DNA from: Thermoplasmata archaeon
GTDB lineage: Archaea > Thermoplasmatota > Thermoplasmata > GCA-020350865
Direction of reading: 5' to 3'
Assembly: GCA_020348445.1 (NCBI GenBank)
Contig: CP070751.1
Coordinates: 2,021,930-2,085,929, forward strand
DNA length: 64,000 nt
The notes under the pieces are model-generated. The model was given only the letters and a program-made list of their open reading frames with translations, was not told where the DNA came from and did not search any database. A program made the position numbers and the translations under genes. This document shows positions 1 to 8,375 of this stretch, one piece after another (within the stretch, counting starts at the first letter, position 1; each line of letters begins with the position of its first letter).

Positions 1-1260
1 TGATTCACTCCAATTCACTTCTACCAAACCAATGTATCCGGCTGAGTGATTGTAACCAGAGGCGTAGGCTGTAACTGATCCATATACCTCTAGGATTACC
101 GTTGTAAGTGGAATGCCGTTGGGTGCATCAGTGATATTTATGAAATCCAATGTGGGGGGATTAATGCTCACATCGAAAGTATCACTAATTCCCAAGGAAT
201 AATTAATACCAGTAATTGTAGTAACACCAGATGAAGCACCAGCAGTGAATGTTGTTGAGGTGCCAAAGAGAATGTCAAGGGTCCCCAATCCTGCAGATTC
301 GCTCCAATTTACGTCTATCAACATAAAATAACCGCATGTCGCATTGTAACCTGAGGCATATGCAGTAACGTTTTCACCCGAATATAAGACAACAGTCGTT
401 AGTTCGGAACCATTAGGTATGTCTGTTAAAATTATAGAGTCAAGTGTTGGAGGCAGGATTTCCACAGTAAATATATCGCTCACTCCTAATTGGGTATTCT
501 GGCCTGTTATTGTTGTAGTGCCTCCATTAGAGCCTGCTGTATATGTGGCTGATGACCCAGTTGGATGATCAAAATAGCCAAGATCAGGAGAATCGCTCCA
601 ATTTACCTCTACCAGACCCACATAACCAAGTGTCATGTTATAGCCTGATGCATATGCCGTAATTTCTCCCCCCACAGGAATTGTTACGGTGTTTAGAGCC
701 GAACCATTTGGTGTGTCTGTTAGAATAATAAAATCTATATTTGCATGTGTGGAAAGGTTCAGAATAAAGAAATCGCCTAGACCAAGTGTTATATTATTAC
801 CTTCTATATATGTCACTCCCACTGATGATCCTGTAAATATTGTGGCTGTCCCAGTAAGATTATCAAAATCCCCAAGATCAGGGGTGTCTGTCCAATTTAC
901 TTCGACTGGTTCTACATATAAAGGGCCAATTTTACCAGAACTGTTGTATCCTGATGCATAAATAAAAAGTGGTTCACCCACTTCCCAAGACATATGGGGT
1001 ATTTCTGTTCCATTTTGATTAGGCATATCAGTTAATAGGATAAAATCAACGGTTGGTGGAATGACATTATACACCACGCTATCGGTATGACCGTCATAAC
1101 TTGCATTGAACCATACCTTGCCTGGTGTTATATCCACATCTATCCCACTATTATTTGCATGAGAGGAACCAATTAGATAGGATGTCCCGCCATCAGCACT
1201 CCAGTTAGCAATTCTCGTGCCAATATATCCCTTTGAATTGTTATATGCAGAGCAATTGCC
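1..1260. repeat. Recent duplication, copy 1 (copy 2 at about 6531..7790)
   Basis: Constant 6530-bp offset, checked at 1/6531 and 1081/7611; 5 mismatches in the first 60 bp. Similarity decays beyond about 1260. Confidence 0.9.
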
Positions 1261-3228
1261 CCATATCCTGAAACATATGGGGACTGTTTGATCTGGCAAT
1301 CGTACCCCATCGGGAATATCTGTGATTTGAATAAAATCCACTCCCATAGGTTCAAGCACAGTCACTTCTGTGGTGGTTGAAGGCCCCGCTACAACATCCA
1401 GGGTAATTGTAACTGTCCCCCAATTGGTATCATTACAGGTGATTGTGGATGATGAACCTGGGCTTGTGACATGAACAATTGATGAATTCGTGCTGGTCCA
1501 AGTGGTACTCGCATTAACATCATGTATATAGCCAACAGTGTAATTGTATGCCGCACCATAGAAAGTGTCAACACTGCCCAGGGGATAACTTGGGTAGTTT
1601 GCAGGATCACTTAGATTAATGCCTCCTCCACCAGATGCATCTCTGATATAGACATAGTCAATAGTTGGAGGAATTACCCCGTATAGGACACTATCTGAAA
1701 GTACAGAATAAGAAGCGTCAAAATACACCCAAGCCCCACCTACTGTCCCTACATCTATACCGTTTGTGGAATTTGGCGTTGAACCTAAAAGAATCGCATT
1801 TCCACCTGTTACGGTCCAATCTGCGTCAACCACATCTATGTAACCTGAAGAATAATTATATGCCGAGCAGTAGCCCCATTCCTGATAGCCTACTTCCACA
1901 TCACCCCCTGCAAGGGGAGTTCCATCTGGAGTATCGGTAATATCAATATAATCAATTGTCGGCGATAAAACCAAATATTCGACACTATCTGAGGAACCGC
2001 CATAAGAAGCATTAAACCAAACTGGGACCCCTTGAATTGTTCCGACATCGATTCCGTTTGTGGAATTTGGTGATGAGCCTAAAAGAAACGCATTCCCACC
2101 TGCTGCAGTCCAATCCGCATCAACAACATCTATGTAACCAGAAGTATCATTATATGCAGAGCAGTTGCCCCACTCCCGGTGTCCCGGAGGAACTATTTTA
2201 TCGGTTAGGGGATTTCCATCAGGAGTATCGGTAATGTCTATATAATCAACTGTCGGCGATATAATCGTATATTCGACACTATATGAGAAACCACTATAAG
2301 AAGCATTAAACCAAACTGAGACTCCACCAATTGTTCCCACATCGATTCCGTTTGTGGTATCTGGTGATGAATTTAAAAGAACAGCATTGCCGCCTCCTGC
2401 AGTCCAATCTGCATCAGCCACATCTATATAACCATAAGTGTAATTATATGCAGAGCAGTGGCCCCATTCCTGATGGCCTACAGGCACTGGGCCTCCTGCA
2501 AGGGTTGTTCCATTTGGTATATCCGTTATATTTAAATAATCAATTGCCGGCAACGAAACCATATATTCGACACTATCCGAGAAAATACCATAAGTAGCAT
2601 TGAACCAAACCGAGACTCCACCAATTGTTCCGACATCGATTCCGTTTGTGACATTTGGTGATGAACCTAAAAGAACAGCATTGCCGCCTGCTGCAGTCCA
2701 ATCTGCATCAACCACATCTATGTAACCAGAAGTATCATTATATGCAGAACAGTTGCCCCATTCCTGATGGCCCATAAAAACTGGGCCGCCCGCAAGGGGT
2801 GTACCACCTGGAGTATCGGTAATGTCTATATAGTCGATAGTAGGGTCTAGAATACTAACATTGAAGGTGTCGTTAATATAGGATGTATAACTGCCCATAA
2901 TCGAGGTATTACCTCCTGAGTTGCCTGCAGTGAAGGTGGAGGATGTACCTGTAGAATTGTCCAAAGAACCCAACCTTGGCCATGCTTCTTCCCGCCAATC
3001 CACCACCACCAAGTCCACATAACCACTTGTGGAATTATAGCCAGAAGCATAGGCCGTGACCTTACCGCCCACAGAGAGGTTAACTGTCGTAAGTACTGTT
3101 CCATTGGGTGCGTCTGTTAGAAGGATAAAATCAATTTCTTCAGCCTCAGCCTCCTCCTGAAAAAATAGGAAGGTGCTCAACATCAATAACACAAATAGAA
3201 TTATGCCCACAATTTTTTTCCCAGTCAT
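1..3228 (-). CDS. Large surface protein with Ig-like repeats, truncated at the window edge (over 1,076 aa); paralog of 3348..8255 and probably a fifth member of the TM/tandem-wHTH family
   Basis: Missing from the ORF track because there is no stop codon inside the window. ATG at 3228 follows AGGGATAAAC and reads MTGKKIVGIILFVLLMLSTFLFFQEEAEAEEIDFILLTDAPNG. The frame is open to base 1. Bases 1..~1260 are about 90% identical to 6531..~7790. Confidence 0.92.
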   Translation of the reverse strand, partial: MTGKKIVGIILFVLLMLSTFLFFQEEAEAEEIDFILLTDAPNGTVLTTVNLSVGGKVTAYASGYNSTSGYVDLVVVDWREEAWPRLGSLDNSTGTSSTFTAGNSGGNTSIMGSYTSYINDTFNVSILDPTIDYIDITDTPGGTPLAGGPVFMGHQEWGNCSAYNDTSGYIDVVDADWTAAGGNAVLLGSSPNVTNGIDVGTIGGVSVWFNATYGIFSDSVEYMVSLPAIDYLNITDIPNGTTLAGGPVPVGHQEWGHCSAYNYTYGYIDVADADWTAGGGNAVLLNSSPDTTNGIDVGTIGGVSVWFNASYSGFSYSVEYTIISPTVDYIDITDTPDGNPLTDKIVPPGHREWGNCSAYNDTSGYIDVVDADWTAAGGNAFLLGSSPNSTNGIDVGTIQGVPVWFNASYGGSSDSVEYLVLSPTIDYIDITDTPDGTPLAGGDVEVGYQEWGYCSAYNYSSGYIDVVDADWTVTGGNAILLGSTPNSTNGIDVGTVGGAWVYFDASYSVLSDSVLYGVIPPTIDYVYIRDASGGGGINLSDPANYPSYPLGSVDTFYGAAYNYTVGYIHDVNASTTWTSTNSSIVHVTSPGSSSTITCNDTNWGTVTITLDVVAGPSTTTEVTVLEPMGVDFIQITDIPDGVRLPDQTVPICFRIWGNCSAYNNSKGYIGTRIANWSADGGTSYLIGSSHANNSGIDVDITPGKVWFNASYDGHTDSVVYNVIPPTVDFILLTDMPNQNGTEIPHMSWEVGEPLFIYASGYNSSGKIGPLYVEPVEVNWTDTPDLGDFDNLTGTATIFTGSSVGVTYIEGNNITLGLGDFFILNLSTHANIDFIILTDTPNGSALNTVTIPVGGEITAYASGYNMTLGYVGLVEVNWSDSPDLGYFDHPTGSSATYTAGSNGGTTTITGQNTQLGVSDIFTVEILPPTLDSIILTDIPNGSELTTVVLYSGENVTAYASGYNATCGYFMLIDVNWSESAGLGTLDILFGTSTTFTAGASSGVTTITGINYSLGISDTFDVSINPPTLDFINITDAPNGIPLTTVILEVYGSVTAYASGYNHSAGYIGLVEVNWSES

Positions 3229-3260
3229 GTTTATCCCTTATTACTTATATATTTAAAAGG

Positions 3261-3320
3261 ATATAAATGTAGTTTGGAAACTTTTTTGCATATTATAGAT
3301 TATTTTTGGTCTTTTTTGGT
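3261..3320 (-). promoter_or_regulatory. TATA box plus family promoter motif, two copies 32 bp apart
   Basis: The + strand reads ATATAAATGTAGTTTGGAAACTTTTTTGCA...TTTGGTCTTTTTTGG. The TATA box ends 33 nt before the ATG at 3228. Confidence 0.7.
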
Positions 3321-3347
3321 AGCTTGGACTGTAGGTTGGGCATATAC

Positions 3348-6300
3348 TTACACACTATATCTTCCCAGAGCATAGTACCTTGTTTCCCTGCCCACGACCT
3401 CCTTCTTTACAAAACCAACCTCCTCCAACTTCGATAGATGATAACCTGCAACCTGGCGGCTGACACCTGTGGAGGAGGCTATTTTTTTCTGACCTATACC
3501 CGAGTTGTTCCTTATAATTCCAAATATTTTCTGTTCTATGGCACTTAAATGGTGCAGGCCGCCCTTTAACTTTGGAACGTGTGCAGGATAAAAGCGTTTT
3601 TTTGCCCCGTCAACTCTTGAGTAAATAAACTGTGCTTCCTCCAATTGCTTAAGGTGATAAACAAGCTGGCCACTACCCAGTTCCAGCACTTCTTTCATAA
3701 GAAAGAAATAAGCACCGGGATTTCCAAGTACGTAACCGTATATTTTATACCTTGTAGGTTGATCAAGCAGTTCCTCTTTCTTAAGTCTCGTATACAGGGG
3801 TAAAAACAACGTGAGCAATGCCACCTTTCCCACCTCTGTGAGAAGGCCCCCCACTCCAAGGGCAAGAACAGAACAAGCAATTATAAACAACAGAATTGGG
3901 AAAGGCTCAGAAACTGGCTCCTTTAAAATTAATGTATCGACCTCATCACCGGAAAGCCCTGAGTTTAGATCGATTCTCTTGTCTATTTTACCATCGTTGT
4001 CCTCATCGATATACAAAGTAACAGGTTTACCTGAACTTAGAACTTCCCAGTTTTTTATTCTATAGATGTGAGTTGCATCCTCTTTTAATTTCATATCTGT
4101 CAAAATAAAATTATCCTGTTGATCATCTATGGACGTTGAAATCTCCAGAGAATAGAGTTTATCGTTCTCATTGGTGGATATTGATATTTCCTCTTCATTA
4201 AAATCGAAGACATATATATCTACAGTATTTTCAGAACATGTCACATCCAGTACACCATATTTTCTAACAATATCATCACTTACTCGAATCACGCTTAAAT
4301 CATAAAAACCGCTTCCAGTTCCTCTCACTTCAAATGTATAGCGCTCATCCAATGGAATAAAGTACACCTCGATATCGCTGTACATCATTGAAATAAATGC
4401 CCCTTCGATATCTTGTATTGGGTGGCCTTCGAAAAATCCAATTTGCCTGCCTACAGGGTTCGTTATCAACAGATCGGCAGGGCACTGTAAAATAACAACG
4501 CATTCACCACTTTCATTCAAAAATCCCTTGGCACCTTTCTGACTGGGTATCGCGTTAGACTGGTCATTATTATCCATGTTTTCAACTAAAACCGCTATTG
4601 TACTAGGATCACTCCCCCCTTCATCATCTGTTACAGTCAAGGTTACAGTGTATTCTCCATTTTCATCATAGCTATGCGCCAGTGTTTCTCCTGATCCTGT
4701 GGTCCCGTCACCAAAATTCCATTGATAGGAAACCAAGTATCCCTCAAAATCTGAGGAGAAGGATGCATCAAAAAAGACAACTCCCACCAATGGGATGATA
4801 TCGTTGAATTGGATAATAGCTTCCTGATTTTCTCCATCCTGCGAGTTGAAGAGCAAATGCACAGAATATATTTTCCCTAAGAATTCAAATGTTACGATTA
4901 TTGGATTTGATCCGCCATTATGTCCATTATACGTTAGAACGACCCTGTAAATCTTCTGAACATTCATTTCATAGGAAATCTCTCCAATATCTGGTTGACT
5001 TGAATGCCTTGTTACTTCAACGTCTTCTACGATAACTCCATCTTCCTCCAATCCCATTGTAATTATGTTTTTCTTTCTCCCTGTGACCCTTAAAGTGATA
5101 TCAATTGAGAATGTGAAGTTACCTCCAGAAAAGCCTGTTCCATTATGGTATTTAGCCTCTGATGTGGGAAGCGTATTGACGTTTATCACAAACAGATTAC
5201 CAGTCTGGTTAGTTAAGGTACCAAAAGTTGCCGTTACCCTGCAGTAACCTCCTTTCCATCCTGCTGTGAAATTTGTGTACTCATTGGGTCCAGAAGTAAC
5301 TTTTCCAACTATTGTATTGTTGCTTTCCCATGTAGCCTTTACATCTTTTACGTAATCTGCAGTATTGTTGTGCCCTGCCGCCCAAAAGACATCTTTATTT
5401 CCCTCATTGTATGTGATATCTCCCACCCACGCTCTGCCTCCACTTGGTGAATCCACGACTGTTATGTAGTCTATTCTCGGAGCTAAGACCGTAAGATCAC
5501 CTGTAATATCACCTATCCCAAAGTAATCGGCAGAAACTCTACATGTACTATCTGAAACAACTTTTTGGGCCGTGAAATTGGTCCAAAGTCCAGGTGATGT
5601 GACTTTCCCGACATTTTGGTCATCACTCTCCCATACAACCTCCACCTCCCCAAGATAATCTGCAGTATCGTTGTATGCAGCTGCATAAAAATGATCCACT
5701 TCCCAGACAACATAGGTTTTTGTAGTTACGATATTGCCAAGTCCACCTGTCCCATCTCTAATAAGGATATAATCCACTGTGGGTTCTATTACCGTAACTT
5801 TGGTTGTACCCTGTTTTCCTGAGGCTGTTAGTGTTATTGTTACAGTTCCCCAATTTTGATCATCGCAATCTATGTCGGTTGATGAACCAGGTGATGTAAC
5901 CTTTACAATTAATTCATTTGAGCTTGCCCAAGTTGCATTGTCTGGAACATCATCAAAATAATCGGTAGTATAGTTGTACATTGCGCCATAGTATTTATCT
6001 GTTCCTCCCACTGGGTAGCTTTTGTAATTGGCAGGATCACATAGATTGAATCCTCCTCCCCCAGGTTGGGTCCTAATGAGTATGTAATCTGCCCTTGGAG
6101 GATTGATATAAATATCAAATGAATCACTCACCCCTTCACTTGAATTTATGCCTGTTATTGTGGTTGAGCCTCCTTCGTGACCTGCTGTGAAAGTTGTAGA
6201 AATCCCTGATGAATTGTCCAAATTACCCAATCCCGCAGGCTCGTCCCAATTCACCGGAATTAGCCCAATGTAGCCGCACGTGTTGTTGTAAGCAGAAGCA

Positions 6301-8255
6301 TAGACAGTGATACTTTCACCAACATCTAATGTAACCAGAGATAGTGTTGTGCCATTTGGAGCATCTGTAAGAATTATGTAATCCACCTCCGGTGGTAATA
6401 TGTTCACATCAAAAGAATCGCTGACTCCAAGGGGATTATTTTCACCGGTGATGGTTGTTAAACCGTCTGTCTTGCCTGCTGTAAAGGTCGTGGATGTTCC
6501 ATAGACATTGTCCAATGAACCCAATCCTTGTGATTCACTCCAATTCACCTCTATCAAACCAATGTATCCAGCTGAGTAATTATAACCAGAAGCATAGGCT
6601 GTAACTGATCCATATACCTCTAGGGTTACCATTGTAAGTGAAAAACCATCAGGCGCATCAGTAATATTTATGAAATCCAATGCGGGGGGATTGATGCTCA
6701 CTTCGAACGTGTCACTCATTCCCAAGGTATAATTAATACCAGTAATTGTAGTCACACCAGATGAAGCACCGGCAGTGAATGTTGTTGAGGTGCCAAAGAG
6801 ATTGTCCAAGGTACCCAATCCTTCAGATTCACTCCAATTTACGTCTATCAACCTTAAATAACCGCTTGTCGCATTGTAACCTGATGCATATGCAGTAACG
6901 TTTTCGCCTGAATACAAAACAACAGTGGTTAGTTCGGTACCATTAGGCATGTCTGTTAAAGTTATAGAATCAAGTGTTGGAGGTAGGATCTCAACAGTGA
7001 ATATATCGCTCACTCCTAATTTGCTATTCTGACCTGTTATGGTTGTAGAACCTCCATTAGAGCCTGCTGTATATGTGGCTGATTTCCCTGTTGGATTATC
7101 AAAATAGCCCAAATCAGGAGAATCGCTCCAATTGACTTCCACTAAACCTACATAACCAAGTGTTGTGTTATAGCCCGAAGCATAAGCTTTTATTTTTCCC
7201 CCTACAGGAATTGTTACAGTGTTGAGAGCAGAACCATTTGGTTTGTCTGTTAAACGTATAAAATCCACATTCCCATGTGTGGAAAGGTTCAGCATAAAGA
7301 AATCGCCTAGACCAAGTGTTATATTATTACCTTCTATATATGTCACTCCCACTGATGTTCCAGTAAATATCGTGGCTGTCCCCGTAAGATTATCAAAATC
7401 CCCAAGATCGGGGGTGTCTGTCCAATTTACTACGACCGGCCCTACATATATTGGGCCAATTTTACCAGAACTGTTGTATCCTGATGCATAAATAAAAAGT
7501 GGTTCACCCACTTCCCAAGACATATGAGGTATTTCTGTTCCATTTTGATTAGGCATATTAGTTAGTAGGATGAAATCGACAGTCGGTGGGATGACATTAT
7601 ACACCACGCTATCGGTATGACCGTCATAACTTGCATTGAACCATACCTTACCTGGTGTTATGTCCACATCTATTCCATTCATTGTTGCGTGAGAACCGCC
7701 AAGAAGATATGATGTCCCACCCTCAGCACTCCAGGTGGCATTTCTCATGCCGATATATCGTGCTGTATTATTGTATGCTGAGCAGTAACCCCATTCTTGG
7801 AAGCTTATAGGCACTGAGCGATCGGGCAAAGGTGTACCATCCGGAGTATCGGTAATCTCTATGTAATCCACAGTAGGTGAAAGAATCTCTACGTCAAATG
7901 TGTCGTTCATTCCTTTAAAGTCCTCGCCTAAAATCGTTGTATTACCCCCTGACATACCTGCTGTGAAAGTGGAGGATGTACCTGTAGAATTATCCAAAGT
8001 GCCCAATCCTGCGAATTCGTACCAATTCACCAGCACTAAATCCACATAACCGCTTGAGAAATTATAGCCAGATGCATAGGCCGTAACTTTACCTTTTACA
8101 GGGAGAGTGATATTATCAAGCTCTATCCCATCAGGTGCGTCTGTAAGAACAATGAAATCAATGCTTGCAGCCTCAGCCTCCTCCTGAAAAAATAGGAAGA
8201 TGTTCAGCATCAATAACACAAATAAAATTATGCCCACAATTTTTTTTCCAGCCAT
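3348..8255 (-). CDS. Membrane-anchored surface protein (1,635 aa): signal peptide, 10 Ig-like repeats, PKD domain with an insertion, beta-rich juxtamembrane domain, TM helix, cytoplasmic tandem winged-HTH (COG3398-like two-HTH regulator module)
   Basis: N-terminus MAGKKIVGIILFVLL; about 95-105 aa repeats starting xDYIxxTDxPxG; PKD motif YQWNFGDGTTGSG...YTVTLTVTD; hydrophobic FPILLFIIACSVLALGVGGLL; two HTH units (ELGSGQLVYHLKQL and GVSRQVAGYHLSKL). Confidence 0.9.
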   Translation of the reverse strand: MAGKKIVGIILFVLLMLNIFLFFQEEAEAASIDFIVLTDAPDGIELDNITLPVKGKVTAYASGYNFSSGYVDLVLVNWYEFAGLGTLDNSTGTSSTFTAGMSGGNTTILGEDFKGMNDTFDVEILSPTVDYIEITDTPDGTPLPDRSVPISFQEWGYCSAYNNTARYIGMRNATWSAEGGTSYLLGGSHATMNGIDVDITPGKVWFNASYDGHTDSVVYNVIPPTVDFILLTNMPNQNGTEIPHMSWEVGEPLFIYASGYNSSGKIGPIYVGPVVVNWTDTPDLGDFDNLTGTATIFTGTSVGVTYIEGNNITLGLGDFFMLNLSTHGNVDFIRLTDKPNGSALNTVTIPVGGKIKAYASGYNTTLGYVGLVEVNWSDSPDLGYFDNPTGKSATYTAGSNGGSTTITGQNSKLGVSDIFTVEILPPTLDSITLTDMPNGTELTTVVLYSGENVTAYASGYNATSGYLRLIDVNWSESEGLGTLDNLFGTSTTFTAGASSGVTTITGINYTLGMSDTFEVSINPPALDFINITDAPDGFSLTMVTLEVYGSVTAYASGYNYSAGYIGLIEVNWSESQGLGSLDNVYGTSTTFTAGKTDGLTTITGENNPLGVSDSFDVNILPPEVDYIILTDAPNGTTLSLVTLDVGESITVYASAYNNTCGYIGLIPVNWDEPAGLGNLDNSSGISTTFTAGHEGGSTTITGINSSEGVSDSFDIYINPPRADYILIRTQPGGGGFNLCDPANYKSYPVGGTDKYYGAMYNYTTDYFDDVPDNATWASSNELIVKVTSPGSSTDIDCDDQNWGTVTITLTASGKQGTTKVTVIEPTVDYILIRDGTGGLGNIVTTKTYVVWEVDHFYAAAYNDTADYLGEVEVVWESDDQNVGKVTSPGLWTNFTAQKVVSDSTCRVSADYFGIGDITGDLTVLAPRIDYITVVDSPSGGRAWVGDITYNEGNKDVFWAAGHNNTADYVKDVKATWESNNTIVGKVTSGPNEYTNFTAGWKGGYCRVTATFGTLTNQTGNLFVINVNTLPTSEAKYHNGTGFSGGNFTFSIDITLRVTGRKKNIITMGLEEDGVIVEDVEVTRHSSQPDIGEISYEMNVQKIYRVVLTYNGHNGGSNPIIVTFEFLGKIYSVHLLFNSQDGENQEAIIQFNDIIPLVGVVFFDASFSSDFEGYLVSYQWNFGDGTTGSGETLAHSYDENGEYTVTLTVTDDEGGSDPSTIAVLVENMDNNDQSNAIPSQKGAKGFLNESGECVVILQCPADLLITNPVGRQIGFFEGHPIQDIEGAFISMMYSDIEVYFIPLDERYTFEVRGTGSGFYDLSVIRVSDDIVRKYGVLDVTCSENTVDIYVFDFNEEEISISTNENDKLYSLEISTSIDDQQDNFILTDMKLKEDATHIYRIKNWEVLSSGKPVTLYIDEDNDGKIDKRIDLNSGLSGDEVDTLILKEPVSEPFPILLFIIACSVLALGVGGLLTEVGKVALLTLFLPLYTRLKKEELLDQPTRYKIYGYVLGNPGAYFFLMKEVLELGSGQLVYHLKQLEEAQFIYSRVDGAKKRFYPAHVPKLKGGLHHLSAIEQKIFGIIRNNSGIGQKKIASSTGVSRQVAGYHLSKLEEVGFVKKEVVGRETRYYALGRYSV
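3383..3491. repeat. 109-bp near-identical segment encoding the second HTH (other copy at 23844..23952)
   Basis: 104 of 109 bases identical by manual alignment. All 5 differences are synonymous, so the 36-aa peptide QKKIASSTGVSRQVAGYHLSKLEEVGFVKKEVVGRE is identical. Confidence 0.9.
6531..7790. repeat. Recent duplication, copy 2 (copy 1 at 1..~1260)
   Basis: About 90% identical to the window start at a 6530-bp offset. Confidence 0.9.
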
Positions 8256-8287
8256 GTTTATCCCTAGTTCCTCCTATGCCAAAAAGG

Positions 8288-8348
8288 ATATAAATGTAGT
8301 TTGGTAACTTTTTTGCATAAAATAAAATATTTTTGGTCTTTTTTTGGT
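8288..8348 (-). promoter_or_regulatory. TATA box plus family promoter motif, two copies 32 bp apart
   Basis: The + strand reads ATATAAATGTAGTTTGGTAACTTTTTTGCA...TTTGGTCTTTTTTTGG. The TATA box ends 33 nt before the ATG at 8255. Confidence 0.7.
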
Positions 8349-8375
8349 AGGAAGGGCCGTAGGCTGGGCATATGT

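Noticed and set aside
689-961. Near-identical + strand ORFs at 689..961 and 7219..7491
   Set aside because: They are antisense shadows of the duplicated minus-strand repeat genes; the similarity comes from the duplication.
1700-2800. Motifs such as ACATCGATTCCGTTTGTG recurring about every 300 bp, superficially like a CRISPR or other array
   Set aside because: The period equals the roughly 100-aa type-B protein repeat, the intervening DNA is homologous rather than unique spacers, and no cas genes are present.
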